A stretch of DNA of 64,000 nucleotides from Oscillospiraceae bacterium (lineage in GTDB: Bacteria > Bacillota > Clostridia > UBA1212). Made by a program: the position numbers and the translations under genes. The stretch lies in assembly GCA_015069195.1 (NCBI GenBank), contig SVJA01000003.1, forward strand, positions 129,838 through 193,837, in the 5' to 3' direction. Under the pieces are notes generated by a model. That model had not been told where the DNA came from, did no database searches, and saw only the letters and a list, made by a program, of their open reading frames with translations. Below are positions 39,514-48,730 of the stretch, piece after piece (the stretch's first letter is position 1; each line of letters starts with the position of its first letter).

Positions 39514-40965
39514 ATGAGTGATGGTGTAGCACTTCCTACAAGTGACAGAACGACGGTCAATGAGAAACCGGCAGATATATGGGTTTGCCCCGAATTTAAA
39601 GTATCAGGTGTGTTTTCTTCTCATATGGTACTCCAGCGAGACAGGGAAATTTCCGTGTGGGGCTTTTCAACTGCAGTGGGCAGCGTGGTTACTGCAGAAT
39701 TTATGGGAGATACTGTAACGGCGCTTGTAGATAGCGACAACAAGTGGCTCGTAAAACTTCCTGCAAAGGCATATACAAGAGTGCCTCAAACTATGAAAAT
39801 ATACGATGATAAGGGTCACGAGACAATTTTTGAAGATATTCTTATAGGTGATGTGTGGCTTGTCGGCGGTCAGTCAAATGCAGAACTTCCGCTTGCACCA
39901 TGTATGTGTATGACTCCGGATATTGTTTTTAACGAAAATGATAATTTCAGATTATTTATGCAGACGCAGAATTATGTCTACACGCATCAGGAGTATTGCA
40001 ACTATCCGCAGAGAGATATAGTTAATCCGGATTGGCAATGGAAACGCCCGTCTGAGGGAGCGTCACTTGAGTTTTCTGCAATCGGTTGGTATTTTGCACA
40101 AGAACTGACAAAACATATCGATATCCCTATCGGAATGATAAATGTTTCTGCAGGCGGCGCCTGTATAAGAGAACTTGTTCCCGAAGAACTTGCGTACTCT
40201 ATGGGCTACACATTCGGTGCAAACGTCAGGGAGGCCGGCTACTACAATGCATTGATAAATCCTTTCATAGGACTTCAATTCAAAGCAATGATTTTCTTCC
40301 AGGGTGAAAGCGAAGGCGGCGACAAAACTTTTGCAATGCGCTATGCCGACGAACTTTCTCAGCTCGTTGCAAACGAAAGAGAACTGTTTGGTTTTGATTT
40401 CCCGTTTTATAACATGCAGCTTACGGAATATTCCGATCCCGGAGCGTTTCATTTCCCTTGGCACTACATCGTGCGTGTTCAGCAGTTTGACGCGTTAAAA
40501 ATTATTCCCGACTCGGCTTTGATAGTAACTATGGATTACGGCAACCTCGAGGGCTACGATGATATTCATTCACCGCTGAAAAAGCCTCTTTCGGACCGTG
40601 CTGTGTTGCTTGCTCTGGCAAGAGAGTACGGTATAGGAAAGGAAGAAGAAGTTTCATCCCCGATGCCTGTAAAGGCTGAATTGTCTGCTGACAAAAAACA
40701 GGTGGTTATCACTTTTGAAAACGTGCGTGAAGATCTCACAGTCAAGGGCGCATCGTTAAATGGTTTTTGCCTTGGCGATTATGAAAACAGAATTTCCGTC
40801 GAAGCAATCATTTCCGGCAAAAATACAGTTACCGTAAATGTCCCCGAAGGTTGCGAATTTGATTCAATCGGTTACGCTGTCCAAAACAGTATCACAGGTG
40901 ATTTCGCAAACCTCAGAAATTCAATCGGTATGCCTTGCCCGGCGTTTATGGTTGGGGTAGAGTAA
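39514..40965 (+). CDS. sialate O-acetylesterase-like (SASA/SGNH) carbohydrate esterase
   Basis: WLVGGQSNAE motif; ATG 39514 after AAAGGA. Confidence 0.75.
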   Translation: MSDGVALPTSDRTTVNEKPADIWVCPEFKVSGVFSSHMVLQRDREISVWGFSTAVGSVVTAEFMGDTVTALVDSDNKWLVKLPAKAYTRVPQTMKIYDDKGHETIFEDILIGDVWLVGGQSNAELPLAPCMCMTPDIVFNENDNFRLFMQTQNYVYTHQEYCNYPQRDIVNPDWQWKRPSEGASLEFSAIGWYFAQELTKHIDIPIGMINVSAGGACIRELVPEELAYSMGYTFGANVREAGYYNALINPFIGLQFKAMIFFQGESEGGDKTFAMRYADELSQLVANERELFGFDFPFYNMQLTEYSDPGAFHFPWHYIVRVQQFDALKIIPDSALIVTMDYGNLEGYDDIHSPLKKPLSDRAVLLALAREYGIGKEEEVSSPMPVKAELSADKKQVVITFENVREDLTVKGASLNGFCLGDYENRISVEAIISGKNTVTVNVPEGCEFDSIGYAVQNSITGDFANLRNSIGMPCPAFMVGVE

Positions 40966-41021
40966 GCGGAAAATAATTAATTCTATATTTACAGAATCGT
41001 TTTGATCTTAAAACACTACGC

Positions 41022-41062
41022 ATTCAAAAAGTTGAACACTTTTTGAATGCGTAGTTTGTATC
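41022..41062. terminator. bidirectional terminator, perfect 16-bp stem
   Basis: CTACGCATTCAAAAAG-ttgaaca-CTTTTTGAATGCGTAG, T-rich flank. Confidence 0.65.
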
Positions 41063-41157
41063 AATTTTGAGTTTTTATTATGAATTATCATGCATTTTTT
41101 GATACGGGTTGCACCCGGTTGCAAAAGTTGCATTTTTGATTTAGGGCTGCATTGGAG

Positions 41158-41430
41158 TTACTTGAGTATTTCGTGAGGCTGAGGATGCTCTATTTTGTCG
41201 GTATCCCTTTCTCTTGAAAAGCTTAATTCAACAAATTCCATGAGATCGCTGTTAAATTTCCAATGAGAATCGGCAAACCAATGGTTCATAAGCGTTGTGT
41301 ATTTGGAAATTAACGAGTGGACAGCTGAAAGGGAGAAAAGATTTGCCATAGCACCAATATGTTTTTCAAACCACACTTTGCGAGTGTCTTCTATAGAATC
41401 GTATTGGTAATCCGTATTTTCTTTATACAT
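41158..41430 (-). CDS. hypothetical small protein (90 aa), stop-start coupled to upstream 115-aa ORF
   Basis: ATG 41430 immediately follows TAG of upstream ORF in same frame. Confidence 0.5.
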   Translation of the reverse strand: MYKENTDYQYDSIEDTRKVWFEKHIGAMANLFSLSAVHSLISKYTTLMNHWFADSHWKFNSDLMEFVELSFSRERDTDKIEHPQPHEILK

Positions 41431-41778
41431 CTAATGTCCGTTAACCGCATTTGCTCTTACATAGCGCCATTTTTGCGAATTACTTTCTCTGTGAATCAGC
41501 TCATATTTTTGTGCACACATTTTGGTTATTTCTTCGATAACCTTAAAGAAGAGTTCGTCTGTACTTATTGCTTGCGCAATAGTTGTTCTTCTACCGAAAT
41601 CTGTTTCGGCGGTTATACGCAGTCCCTCAATTCGACAATACATATTAAATCCCTGAGATGCATTATCAACTATTTCTTGAGAAAAATATGATGCTAATTC
41701 AACTTTGGCCGATTCAATCTGCTCAGGCAAATCGCTTGGCTTTTTCGCTTTTTTAGTAAACAAGTCAAAGAATCTCAT
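41431..41778 (-). CDS. hypothetical small protein (115 aa)
   Basis: ORF with GGGG SD-like upstream; no recognisable family. Confidence 0.55.
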   Translation of the reverse strand: MRFFDLFTKKAKKPSDLPEQIESAKVELASYFSQEIVDNASQGFNMYCRIEGLRITAETDFGRRTTIAQAISTDELFFKVIEEITKMCAQKYELIHRESNSQKWRYVRANAVNGH

Positions 41779-41806
41779 ACTCTATACCCCAATAATAGTT
41801 TTTATT

Positions 41807-41917
41807 ATTATACCACTGCTAAAAATCATTATACCACTGCTAAAAATCATTGCAATGCATCACGATGAAACTATTCTTTTTGACAATGAAATTATTCTCT
41901 CACAATGAAATTAACCT
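41807..41917 (-). promoter_or_regulatory. promoter/operator: TTGCAA-16-TGgTATAAT, tandemly duplicated 21-bp unit carrying extended -10, plus three 12-bp direct repeats (CACAATGAAATT-like)
   Basis: Read on minus strand upstream of 41778 gene. Confidence 0.5.
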
Positions 41918-42081
41918 CTTATTCCCAAGTGTGTAAAAGCCTTATGCCGCAAGGGGGTTCGGTTATAGACAAAGCACGATGATTTCGTATCAAAACTATA
42001 GTGATAATATGGTCGAAGTATAGTGACTCAAACATTATTTATAGTATTTATCTTTCAATCTAAAAAATAACTGTAGAACTA

Positions 42082-42633
42082 CTAAAGTAATCTTAATATT
42101 TCTTCTTCTGACCACAGTTCGTTTGGGAAAATCGAGATATCATCTTTGTGTTTCCTGATAATACGAATTGGTTCTTCTGTGTTGTCGTAGACATGCATAA
42201 TGTCACAAAGGTTCATTAAATGTTTAATATTTTTCAATGATTTGTCATAACGGTTTCGTATTTTGTCTTCATCGACATTATGTCCGCCGAGTGCTACTCT
42301 TGCTGCAACTCGGGCAACATTAACAGATGGATTTACTGTAAGAACAAAAATACATTTTATGAAATATCCCTCTGCTTTTGCTTTCTCTAAAATATCAAGT
42401 TTATAATGAGAGGAGAGTACTGTTTCAAATGTAAAGTCTTCTTTTTTTGCTATAGATTGATAACGCATCTTATCTGCAAGGACAGCAGATTCTTCGTTAC
42501 TCATTCCTGTCGTGTGTGATATATCGTCTGCGTTGGTATATGTTCCGACAATATCAAGAAATTGTGTGATGGTACTTTTGCCCGAACCGTTTGGACCGGC
42601 AAAAACAAGCAACATGGGCTTTTTATCCGACAT
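42082..42633 (-). CDS. zeta-toxin/AAA_33-like P-loop kinase (183 aa)
   Basis: Walker A FAGPNGSGKST; ...RVALGGHNVDEDKIRNRY; ATG 42633 overlaps upstream gene by 11 nt. Confidence 0.7.
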   Translation of the reverse strand: MSDKKPMLLVFAGPNGSGKSTITQFLDIVGTYTNADDISHTTGMSNEESAVLADKMRYQSIAKKEDFTFETVLSSHYKLDILEKAKAEGYFIKCIFVLTVNPSVNVARVAARVALGGHNVDEDKIRNRYDKSLKNIKHLMNLCDIMHVYDNTEEPIRIIRKHKDDISIFPNELWSEEEILRLL

Positions 42634-42856
42634 AAGTTTTCTTACCGTCCTCTGTTTCAATATAAGCCTTTTGTTTTACTCGATCATATCTGGCAATAGG
42701 TTTTCTACAAGTTTTTGCTTTGTGAATAGCCGATTTTACAGCCTCTTTTGCGCGAGTGTCCATTTCCTCTTCGTTTTTGGAAAACATTTCACTCGTATTA
42801 TCCGCTGATACAACAGTTATTGATCGATTGTCGGTCAATTTAATTGTTTTATTCAT
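42623..42856 (-). CDS. small (77 aa) protein, putative antitoxin/regulator partner of kinase
   Basis: GGAGGA RBS; overlaps kinase start (ATGTCGGATAA). Confidence 0.6.
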   Translation of the reverse strand: MNKTIKLTDNRSITVVSADNTSEMFSKNEEEMDTRAKEAVKSAIHKAKTCRKPIARYDRVKQKAYIETEDGKKTYVG

Positions 42857-42942
42857 AGCTATTCCTCCAATGATAGATTACGTTGAATATATCAACACAT
42901 ATAGTGTACTATATTTTACGAAGATATTCAATCATAGGTACA

Positions 42943-43214
42943 ATTCAAAAATCTGATATCATGCCAATTTCACCTTGATTTCTCCGCTAATAATATCGAA
43001 AAAACCTCACTGAATAAAATTTAAAAATTCGATATCGAGCGAATTACACCTTTTACTTTGGTGAAAACAATCGAAAAAGGGACTCACGAAAAAATTCAAA
43101 AATTTGATATCGGGCAGATTACCTCTTTCGTGCTTTGCTGGAACCTTCGAAAAAACGATCAGGGGTAGGAATTTCAAAATCGGATACCGGGCCGATTTTA
43201 ATTCCTACCCCCTG
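42943..43214. repeat. degenerate ~75-bp tandem repeat x3.5, each with GATATC-centred palindromic core
   Basis: Cores at 42943, 43023, 43098, 43172; last unit contains 12-bp inverted repeat GGGGTAGGAATT/AATTCCTACCCC. Confidence 0.7.
43151..43205 (-). terminator. terminator-like hairpin immediately downstream of fhs
   Basis: 12-bp stem, then TGATCGTTTTTTCG on minus strand. Confidence 0.45.
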
Positions 43215-43223
43215 TTGTTTTTA

Positions 43224-44888
43224 TCAGAACAATCCACTTATCACGCCGTCTGCATCAACGTCGATTTTCTCGGCTGCCGGTACTTTCGGAAGACCGGGCA
43301 TTGTCATAATTTCGCCTGTGAGAGCTACGATGAAGCCTGCACCTGCTGAAATTTTTACGTTGCGAACAGTAACCGTGAAGTTTTCCGGAGCACAAATCTT
43401 TGTAGCATCGTCAGAGAAGCTGTACTGTGTTTTTGCCATACAGATTGGCAAGTTGCCGAATCCGTTTGCTTCGAGCTGGGCAATTTGCTTCTTTGCTTGT
43501 GCGGTGAATGCTGCGCCGCTGCCGCGGTAGATTCGTTTAACGATGGTGTCGATTTTGTTTTCGATTGTATCGTCAAGGCCGTAGCTGAATTCAAATGTGC
43601 TCGGTGTTTCGCAAAGTCTTACAACCTCTTGTGCGAGTTCTATGGCGCCGTTGCCGCCTTCTGCCCAGACATTTGACAAACATACGTTAACGCCTAATTT
43701 ACGGCATTTTTCAGCGATGAGAGCTATTTCTGCGTCTGTGTCGGTTGGGAAACGATTGATAGCAACAACTGCGGGGAGTTTGTATACATCTTTTATATTT
43801 GAAACGTGTCTTAAGAGGTTCGGCATACCTGCTGCAAGAGCCTCCAAGTCTTCACCGCCGAGCTCTGTTTTGGGAACACCGCCGTGCATTTTGAGAGCAC
43901 GAACCGTTGCTACCACAACAACTGCCGACGGTTTGAGTCCGCCGAAACGGCACTTTATATCAAGGAACTTCTGCGCACCGAGGTCTGCGCCGAAACCGGC
44001 TTCTGTTACTGTATAATCTGCAAGCTTCATAGCCATTTTTGTTGCAATCATTGAGTTACAGCCGTGTGCGATGTTTGCGAAAGGTCCGCCGTGAACGAAT
44101 GCCGGTGTACCTTCCAAAGTCTGAACGAGGTTCGGTTTGATAGCGTCCTTGAGGAGTGCTGTCATTGCACCGTGAGCATTGAGCTGACCTGCAGTAACCG
44201 GTTTTTCGTCATAAGTGTAGCCGACGATAATTTTTGAAAGTCTTTCCTTGAGGTCGGTGATTGACGAAGCAAGACAGAGAACAGCCATAATTTCAGATGC
44301 AACGGTGATATCGTATCCGTCCTCTCTCGGAACGCCGTTTACACGGCCGCCGAGACCGTCAGTTACGAAACGAAGCTGTCTGTCGTTCATATCCACACAA
44401 CGCTTCCATGTGATTCTGCGAGGGTCAATATTGAGGGCGTTGCCCTGATAAATGTGGTTGTCGAGCATTGCTGCAAGAAGGTTGTTTGCGGCCCCGATTG
44501 CGTGGAAGTCGCCTGTAAAGTGAAGATTGATGTCCTCCATAGGAACAACCTGTGCGTAGCCGCCGCCTGCAGCACCGCCTTTTACGCCAAAAACAGGGCC
44601 GAGTGAAGGCTCTCTGAGTGCGGCAATAACATTCTTTCCGATTTTATTAAGACCGTCTGCAAGGCCGATAGAAGTCGTTGTTTTGCCTTCGCCTGCAGGG
44701 GTAGGGGTGATGGCTGTAACCAAAATGAGTTTGCCGTCTTTTTTGTCGCTGTTTAAAAGGCTGAGATCAACTTTTGCCTTGTATTTTCCGTATTGTTCGA
44801 GATTATCCTCGGGAATACCTGCCTTTGCGGCAATTTCCGTAATATTTTTCATTTGTACCGACTGTGCAATTTCAATATCGCTTTTCAT
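43224..44888 (-). CDS. fhs: formate--tetrahydrofolate ligase
   Basis: FTHFS family along full length. Confidence 0.95.
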   Translation of the reverse strand: MKSDIEIAQSVQMKNITEIAAKAGIPEDNLEQYGKYKAKVDLSLLNSDKKDGKLILVTAITPTPAGEGKTTTSIGLADGLNKIGKNVIAALREPSLGPVFGVKGGAAGGGYAQVVPMEDINLHFTGDFHAIGAANNLLAAMLDNHIYQGNALNIDPRRITWKRCVDMNDRQLRFVTDGLGGRVNGVPREDGYDITVASEIMAVLCLASSITDLKERLSKIIVGYTYDEKPVTAGQLNAHGAMTALLKDAIKPNLVQTLEGTPAFVHGGPFANIAHGCNSMIATKMAMKLADYTVTEAGFGADLGAQKFLDIKCRFGGLKPSAVVVVATVRALKMHGGVPKTELGGEDLEALAAGMPNLLRHVSNIKDVYKLPAVVAINRFPTDTDAEIALIAEKCRKLGVNVCLSNVWAEGGNGAIELAQEVVRLCETPSTFEFSYGLDDTIENKIDTIVKRIYRGSGAAFTAQAKKQIAQLEANGFGNLPICMAKTQYSFSDDATKICAPENFTVTVRNVKISAGAGFIVALTGEIMTMPGLPKVPAAEKIDVDADGVISGLF

Positions 44889-44953
44889 CGTGTAATCTCC
44901 TTTGAAAATATCAATTAATGTTTAACAATTTTATGTTCAGCAATTATTGTTTT

Positions 44954-44987
44954 GCAAGCCGTGCCGCCCAAAAGGCGGCACGGCTTG
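44954..44987. terminator. perfect 15-bp GC hairpin between purL end and fhs start
   Basis: GCAAGCCGTGCCGCC-caaaa-GGCGGCACGGCTTGC. Confidence 0.45.
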
Positions 44988-45005
44988 CCTTTATCTAATC
45001 TTAAA

Positions 45006-48000
45006 TTAAATCTTGTAATACTTAACAGCAGATTCGAAAATCTTCATATCGTAGTTGCCTTCGACATTCTTGTAGAGGTCAGGACCTGTACGCTCTGTGT
45101 GCCCCATTTTACCGAGAACACGTCCGTCAGGTGAAGTGATACCTTCGATTGCGAAAATTGAACCGTTGGGGTTGTAAGCAATGTCATATGTGGGCTTGCC
45201 GTTTAAGTCTACATACTGTGTAGCAACCTGTCCGTTTGCTGCAAGTTTGAGAGCGAGATCTTCGTTGCAGAGGAAACGTCCTTCACCGTGTGAAATCGGA
45301 ACTGTGAAGATGTCGCCGGGCTTAACTGCTGCAAACCAAGGAGACTTGTTTGATGCGACCCTTGTGCGTACGAGCATTGACTGGTGACGGCCTATCTTGT
45401 TGTATGTAAGAGTAGGACAGTTTTCGTCGGTGTCAATGATTTCGCCGTAAGGAACAAGTCCGAGTTTTATGAGTGCCTGGAATCCGTTACAGATACCTGC
45501 CATAAGACCGTCGCGGTTCTTGAGCAAATCGTGTACGCAATCTTTTACTGCTTCGTTTCTGAAGAATGCTGTGATGAATTTACCCGATCCGTCAGGCTCG
45601 TCACCGCCGGAGAATCCGCCGGGGATAAAGATGAGCTGTGAGTCAGCCGCTGTCTTTACGAAGCGCTCTATAGAGTTTTCTATTCCCTTTGCAGTAAGGT
45701 TGTTGAGAACTATTATCTCAGGTTCGATGCCTGCACGAAGCATTGATTTTGCAGTGTCATATTCACAGTTTGTACCGGGGAATACGGGAATTACTGCTTT
45801 AACTTTCTGATGCTTTATTGCAGGAGTCGGGTAGCTTTCTGCATTGTATGTGAATGTTTCAATCGGTGTGTTCTCTGTCTTGATGTTGCAAGAGTAGATG
45901 TCCTCGAGTTTGTCCTCGTAGAATCCGCAGAGTGTTTTGCCGTCCATTACGGCCGCACCGTATGTAAAGTCAAAGTTTTCTGTTGTCTTACCAACCAAAG
46001 TTGCTCCGGCAATTGTAACGCCTTCTGCTGCCTCGATTACGAATGCACCGTAGTTGTAGCCGAAGATGTCGAAAATTGACATTGCAGCATCGTATGCAAA
46101 TCCGAATCCGTTACCCATAGCCATTTTGAGAATTGCTTCTGCAACACCGCCGTATGTAGGTGTGTATACGGAGAGTGCTTTGCCGGATGTAACAAGCTCT
46201 GTTACTTTGTTGTATGTTGCGATAAGTGATGATGTAACGGGGAGTCCGTTTTCGTCATATTGGGGCTTTATCATGTATACGTTTGAACCTGCTTTTTTGA
46301 ATTCAGGTGAAACGATGTTCTTTACGTCAGTTGTTGTAACTGCGAAAGATACGAGCGTCGGAGGAACATCGAGTTTTTCGAAGCTTCCGCTCATTGAGTC
46401 TTTACCGCCGATAGATGCGATTCCGAGTTCAAGCTGAGCCTTAAATGCACCGAGAAGTGCTGCGAGAGGTTTGCCCCAACGCTTTCCGTCTTTCATCGGT
46501 TTTTCGAAGTATTCCTGGAATGTAAGATATACATCTTCAAATGCCGCACCTGTTGCGATGAGCTTTGATACTGATTCAACAACTGCAAGGTAAGCACTGT
46601 GATAAGGGCTCTTTTCTGCGATGAAAGGATTGTAGCCCCATGCCATGAGTGAACATGTTGTAGTGTCTTTTTTCTCTACGGAAACTTTGTTTACCATGGC
46701 CTGCGGAGGTGTAAGCTGATACTTTCCGCCGAAAGGCATAAGTACTGTGTTTGCACCGATTGTTGAGTCGAAACGCTCGCTGAGACCTCTCTTAGAACAT
46801 ACGTTGAGGTCGCTTGCAAGGGCAGCATAGAGATATTCGAAACTGCCTTCGATGGTCTTTACGTATTCTTCCGGTTTTGCCGGAGTGATGTCGATATGCT
46901 TTTCAGCACCGTTTGAGTTGAGGAACTCTCTTGAAATGTCAACGATTTTGTTGCCGTTCCAATGCATTACGAGTCTAGGCTCAGCTTTTACTGTAGCAAC
47001 TACCGTAGCTTCGAGGTTCTCTGAATCTGCAAGTGATTTGAATGCTTCTACATCTTCGGGTGCGATAACTACTGCCATACGCTCCTGTGACTCACTGATT
47101 GCAAGCTCTGTGCCGTCAAGTCCGTCGTATTTTTTCGGAACTGCATTGAGGTCAATAACAAGACCGTCTGCAAGCTCACCGATAGCAACGGAAACACCGC
47201 CTGCACCGAAGTCATTACATCTTTTAATCATCTTGGATGCAACGGGATTTCTGAAAAGTCTCTGGAGTTTTCTTTCTTCCGGAGCATTACCTTTCTGTAC
47301 TTCCGCACCGCAAGTTTCGAGTGATTCGAGTGTGTGCGATTTAGAAGAACCTGTTGCACCGCCGCAACCGTCGCGTCCTGTACGACCGCCGAGCAGTATT
47401 ACGATGTCGCCGGGGGCAGGGCACTCTCTGCGTACGTTTTCAGCAGGAGCCGCTGCGATAACCGCACCGATTTCCATACGCTTTGCTGCATATCCGTCGT
47501 GGTAAATTTCGTCAACCTGTCCTGTTGCAAGACCGATCTGGTTACCGTATGAGCTGTAACCTGCAGCCGCTGTTGTAACAATCTTTCTCTGTGAAAGTTT
47601 TCCGGGGATAGTATCCTTTACGGGTTTGAGCGGATTTGCAGCACCTGTCACACGCATAGCACCATATACATATGAACGACCTGAAAGCGGGTCACGGATA
47701 GCACCGCCGATACATGTAGCAGCACCGCCGAAAGGCTCGATTTCTGTCGGGTGGTTGTGAGTTTCGTTTTTGAAGAGGAGAAGCCAATCTTCGTCTTTTC
47801 CTTCTACATTAACTTTGATTTTTACTGTACAAGCGTTTATTTCTTCTGACTCGTCGAGTTTGTCAAGTTTGCCTGTTGTCTTAAGATATTTTGTCGCAAG
47901 AGTAGCGATGTTCATAAGATTTATCGGCTTAGTGACACCGAGGTCTTTTCTTATCTGAACATACTCGTCATAAGCCTTTGAAAGAAGCTCATCCTCAAAC

Positions 48001-48707
48001 TTTACGCTGTCGATTGTCGTCAAAAATGTTGTGTGGCGGCAGTGGTCTGACCAATATGTATCGATCATCTTGATTTCTGTGATAGTGGGGTCGCGATCCT
48101 CTTTTTTGAAGTATGCCTGACAGAATTTGAGGTCATCAAGATCCATTGCAAGACCGTTTTCTTTGAGGAATTCTGCAAGTCCTGCTTCGTCGAGTTTGAT
48201 GAAACCGTCAAGTGTCTTTACTGTCTGAGGAATTTCACATTCGACAGCAAGCGTCTCAGCCTTGTCCATAGAAGATTCACGACATTCAACGGGGTTTATA
48301 ACGTGTTTCTTTATTGTTTCTATATCTTCAGCGGAGAGGTTTCCGTAGAGAACATAAAGCTTTGCAGTTCTTACTGTCGGACGCTCTGCGCGTGAAATGA
48401 TCTGAATACACTGTGCCGCAGAGTCTGCTCTCTGGTCGTACTGACCGGGGAGATATTCTACTGCAAATACATATGAGGCACCTGTTGTGTCAGCTTCGTC
48501 TGATATAATATCAAGCTGGGGTTCTGAAAAAACTGTTTTTTTGCAACGTTCAAACAATGCTTCATCAATGTTTTCTACGTCATATCTGTTCAGAAGTCTT
48601 AAGTCTGTGAGACCTTCTATCTGAAGGAGTGTCTTTATCTCAGAAGCAAGTGATGCCGCTTCGTGAGCAAGCTCTTTTTTCTTTTCAACAAAAATTCTGT
48701 AAACCAT
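45006..48707 (-). CDS. purL: phosphoribosylformylglycinamidine synthase, single-chain large form
   Basis: 1233 aa FGAM synthetase incl. C-terminal glutaminase domain. Confidence 0.95.
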   Translation of the reverse strand: MVYRIFVEKKKELAHEAASLASEIKTLLQIEGLTDLRLLNRYDVENIDEALFERCKKTVFSEPQLDIISDEADTTGASYVFAVEYLPGQYDQRADSAAQCIQIISRAERPTVRTAKLYVLYGNLSAEDIETIKKHVINPVECRESSMDKAETLAVECEIPQTVKTLDGFIKLDEAGLAEFLKENGLAMDLDDLKFCQAYFKKEDRDPTITEIKMIDTYWSDHCRHTTFLTTIDSVKFEDELLSKAYDEYVQIRKDLGVTKPINLMNIATLATKYLKTTGKLDKLDESEEINACTVKIKVNVEGKDEDWLLLFKNETHNHPTEIEPFGGAATCIGGAIRDPLSGRSYVYGAMRVTGAANPLKPVKDTIPGKLSQRKIVTTAAAGYSSYGNQIGLATGQVDEIYHDGYAAKRMEIGAVIAAAPAENVRRECPAPGDIVILLGGRTGRDGCGGATGSSKSHTLESLETCGAEVQKGNAPEERKLQRLFRNPVASKMIKRCNDFGAGGVSVAIGELADGLVIDLNAVPKKYDGLDGTELAISESQERMAVVIAPEDVEAFKSLADSENLEATVVATVKAEPRLVMHWNGNKIVDISREFLNSNGAEKHIDITPAKPEEYVKTIEGSFEYLYAALASDLNVCSKRGLSERFDSTIGANTVLMPFGGKYQLTPPQAMVNKVSVEKKDTTTCSLMAWGYNPFIAEKSPYHSAYLAVVESVSKLIATGAAFEDVYLTFQEYFEKPMKDGKRWGKPLAALLGAFKAQLELGIASIGGKDSMSGSFEKLDVPPTLVSFAVTTTDVKNIVSPEFKKAGSNVYMIKPQYDENGLPVTSSLIATYNKVTELVTSGKALSVYTPTYGGVAEAILKMAMGNGFGFAYDAAMSIFDIFGYNYGAFVIEAAEGVTIAGATLVGKTTENFDFTYGAAVMDGKTLCGFYEDKLEDIYSCNIKTENTPIETFTYNAESYPTPAIKHQKVKAVIPVFPGTNCEYDTAKSMLRAGIEPEIIVLNNLTAKGIENSIERFVKTAADSQLIFIPGGFSGGDEPDGSGKFITAFFRNEAVKDCVHDLLKNRDGLMAGICNGFQALIKLGLVPYGEIIDTDENCPTLTYNKIGRHQSMLVRTRVASNKSPWFAAVKPGDIFTVPISHGEGRFLCNEDLALKLAANGQVATQYVDLNGKPTYDIAYNPNGSIFAIEGITSPDGRVLGKMGHTERTGPDLYKNVEGNYDMKIFESAVKYYKI

Positions 48708-48730
48708 TTATTTTTCCTCCGAATCTGACA

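Noticed and set aside
41807-43214. Possible CRISPR array suggested by the direct repeats
   Set aside because: The repeats are degenerate, have no uniform unique spacers, and are only 2-4 copies each. They are better explained as promoter/operator duplications and REP-like tandem units.
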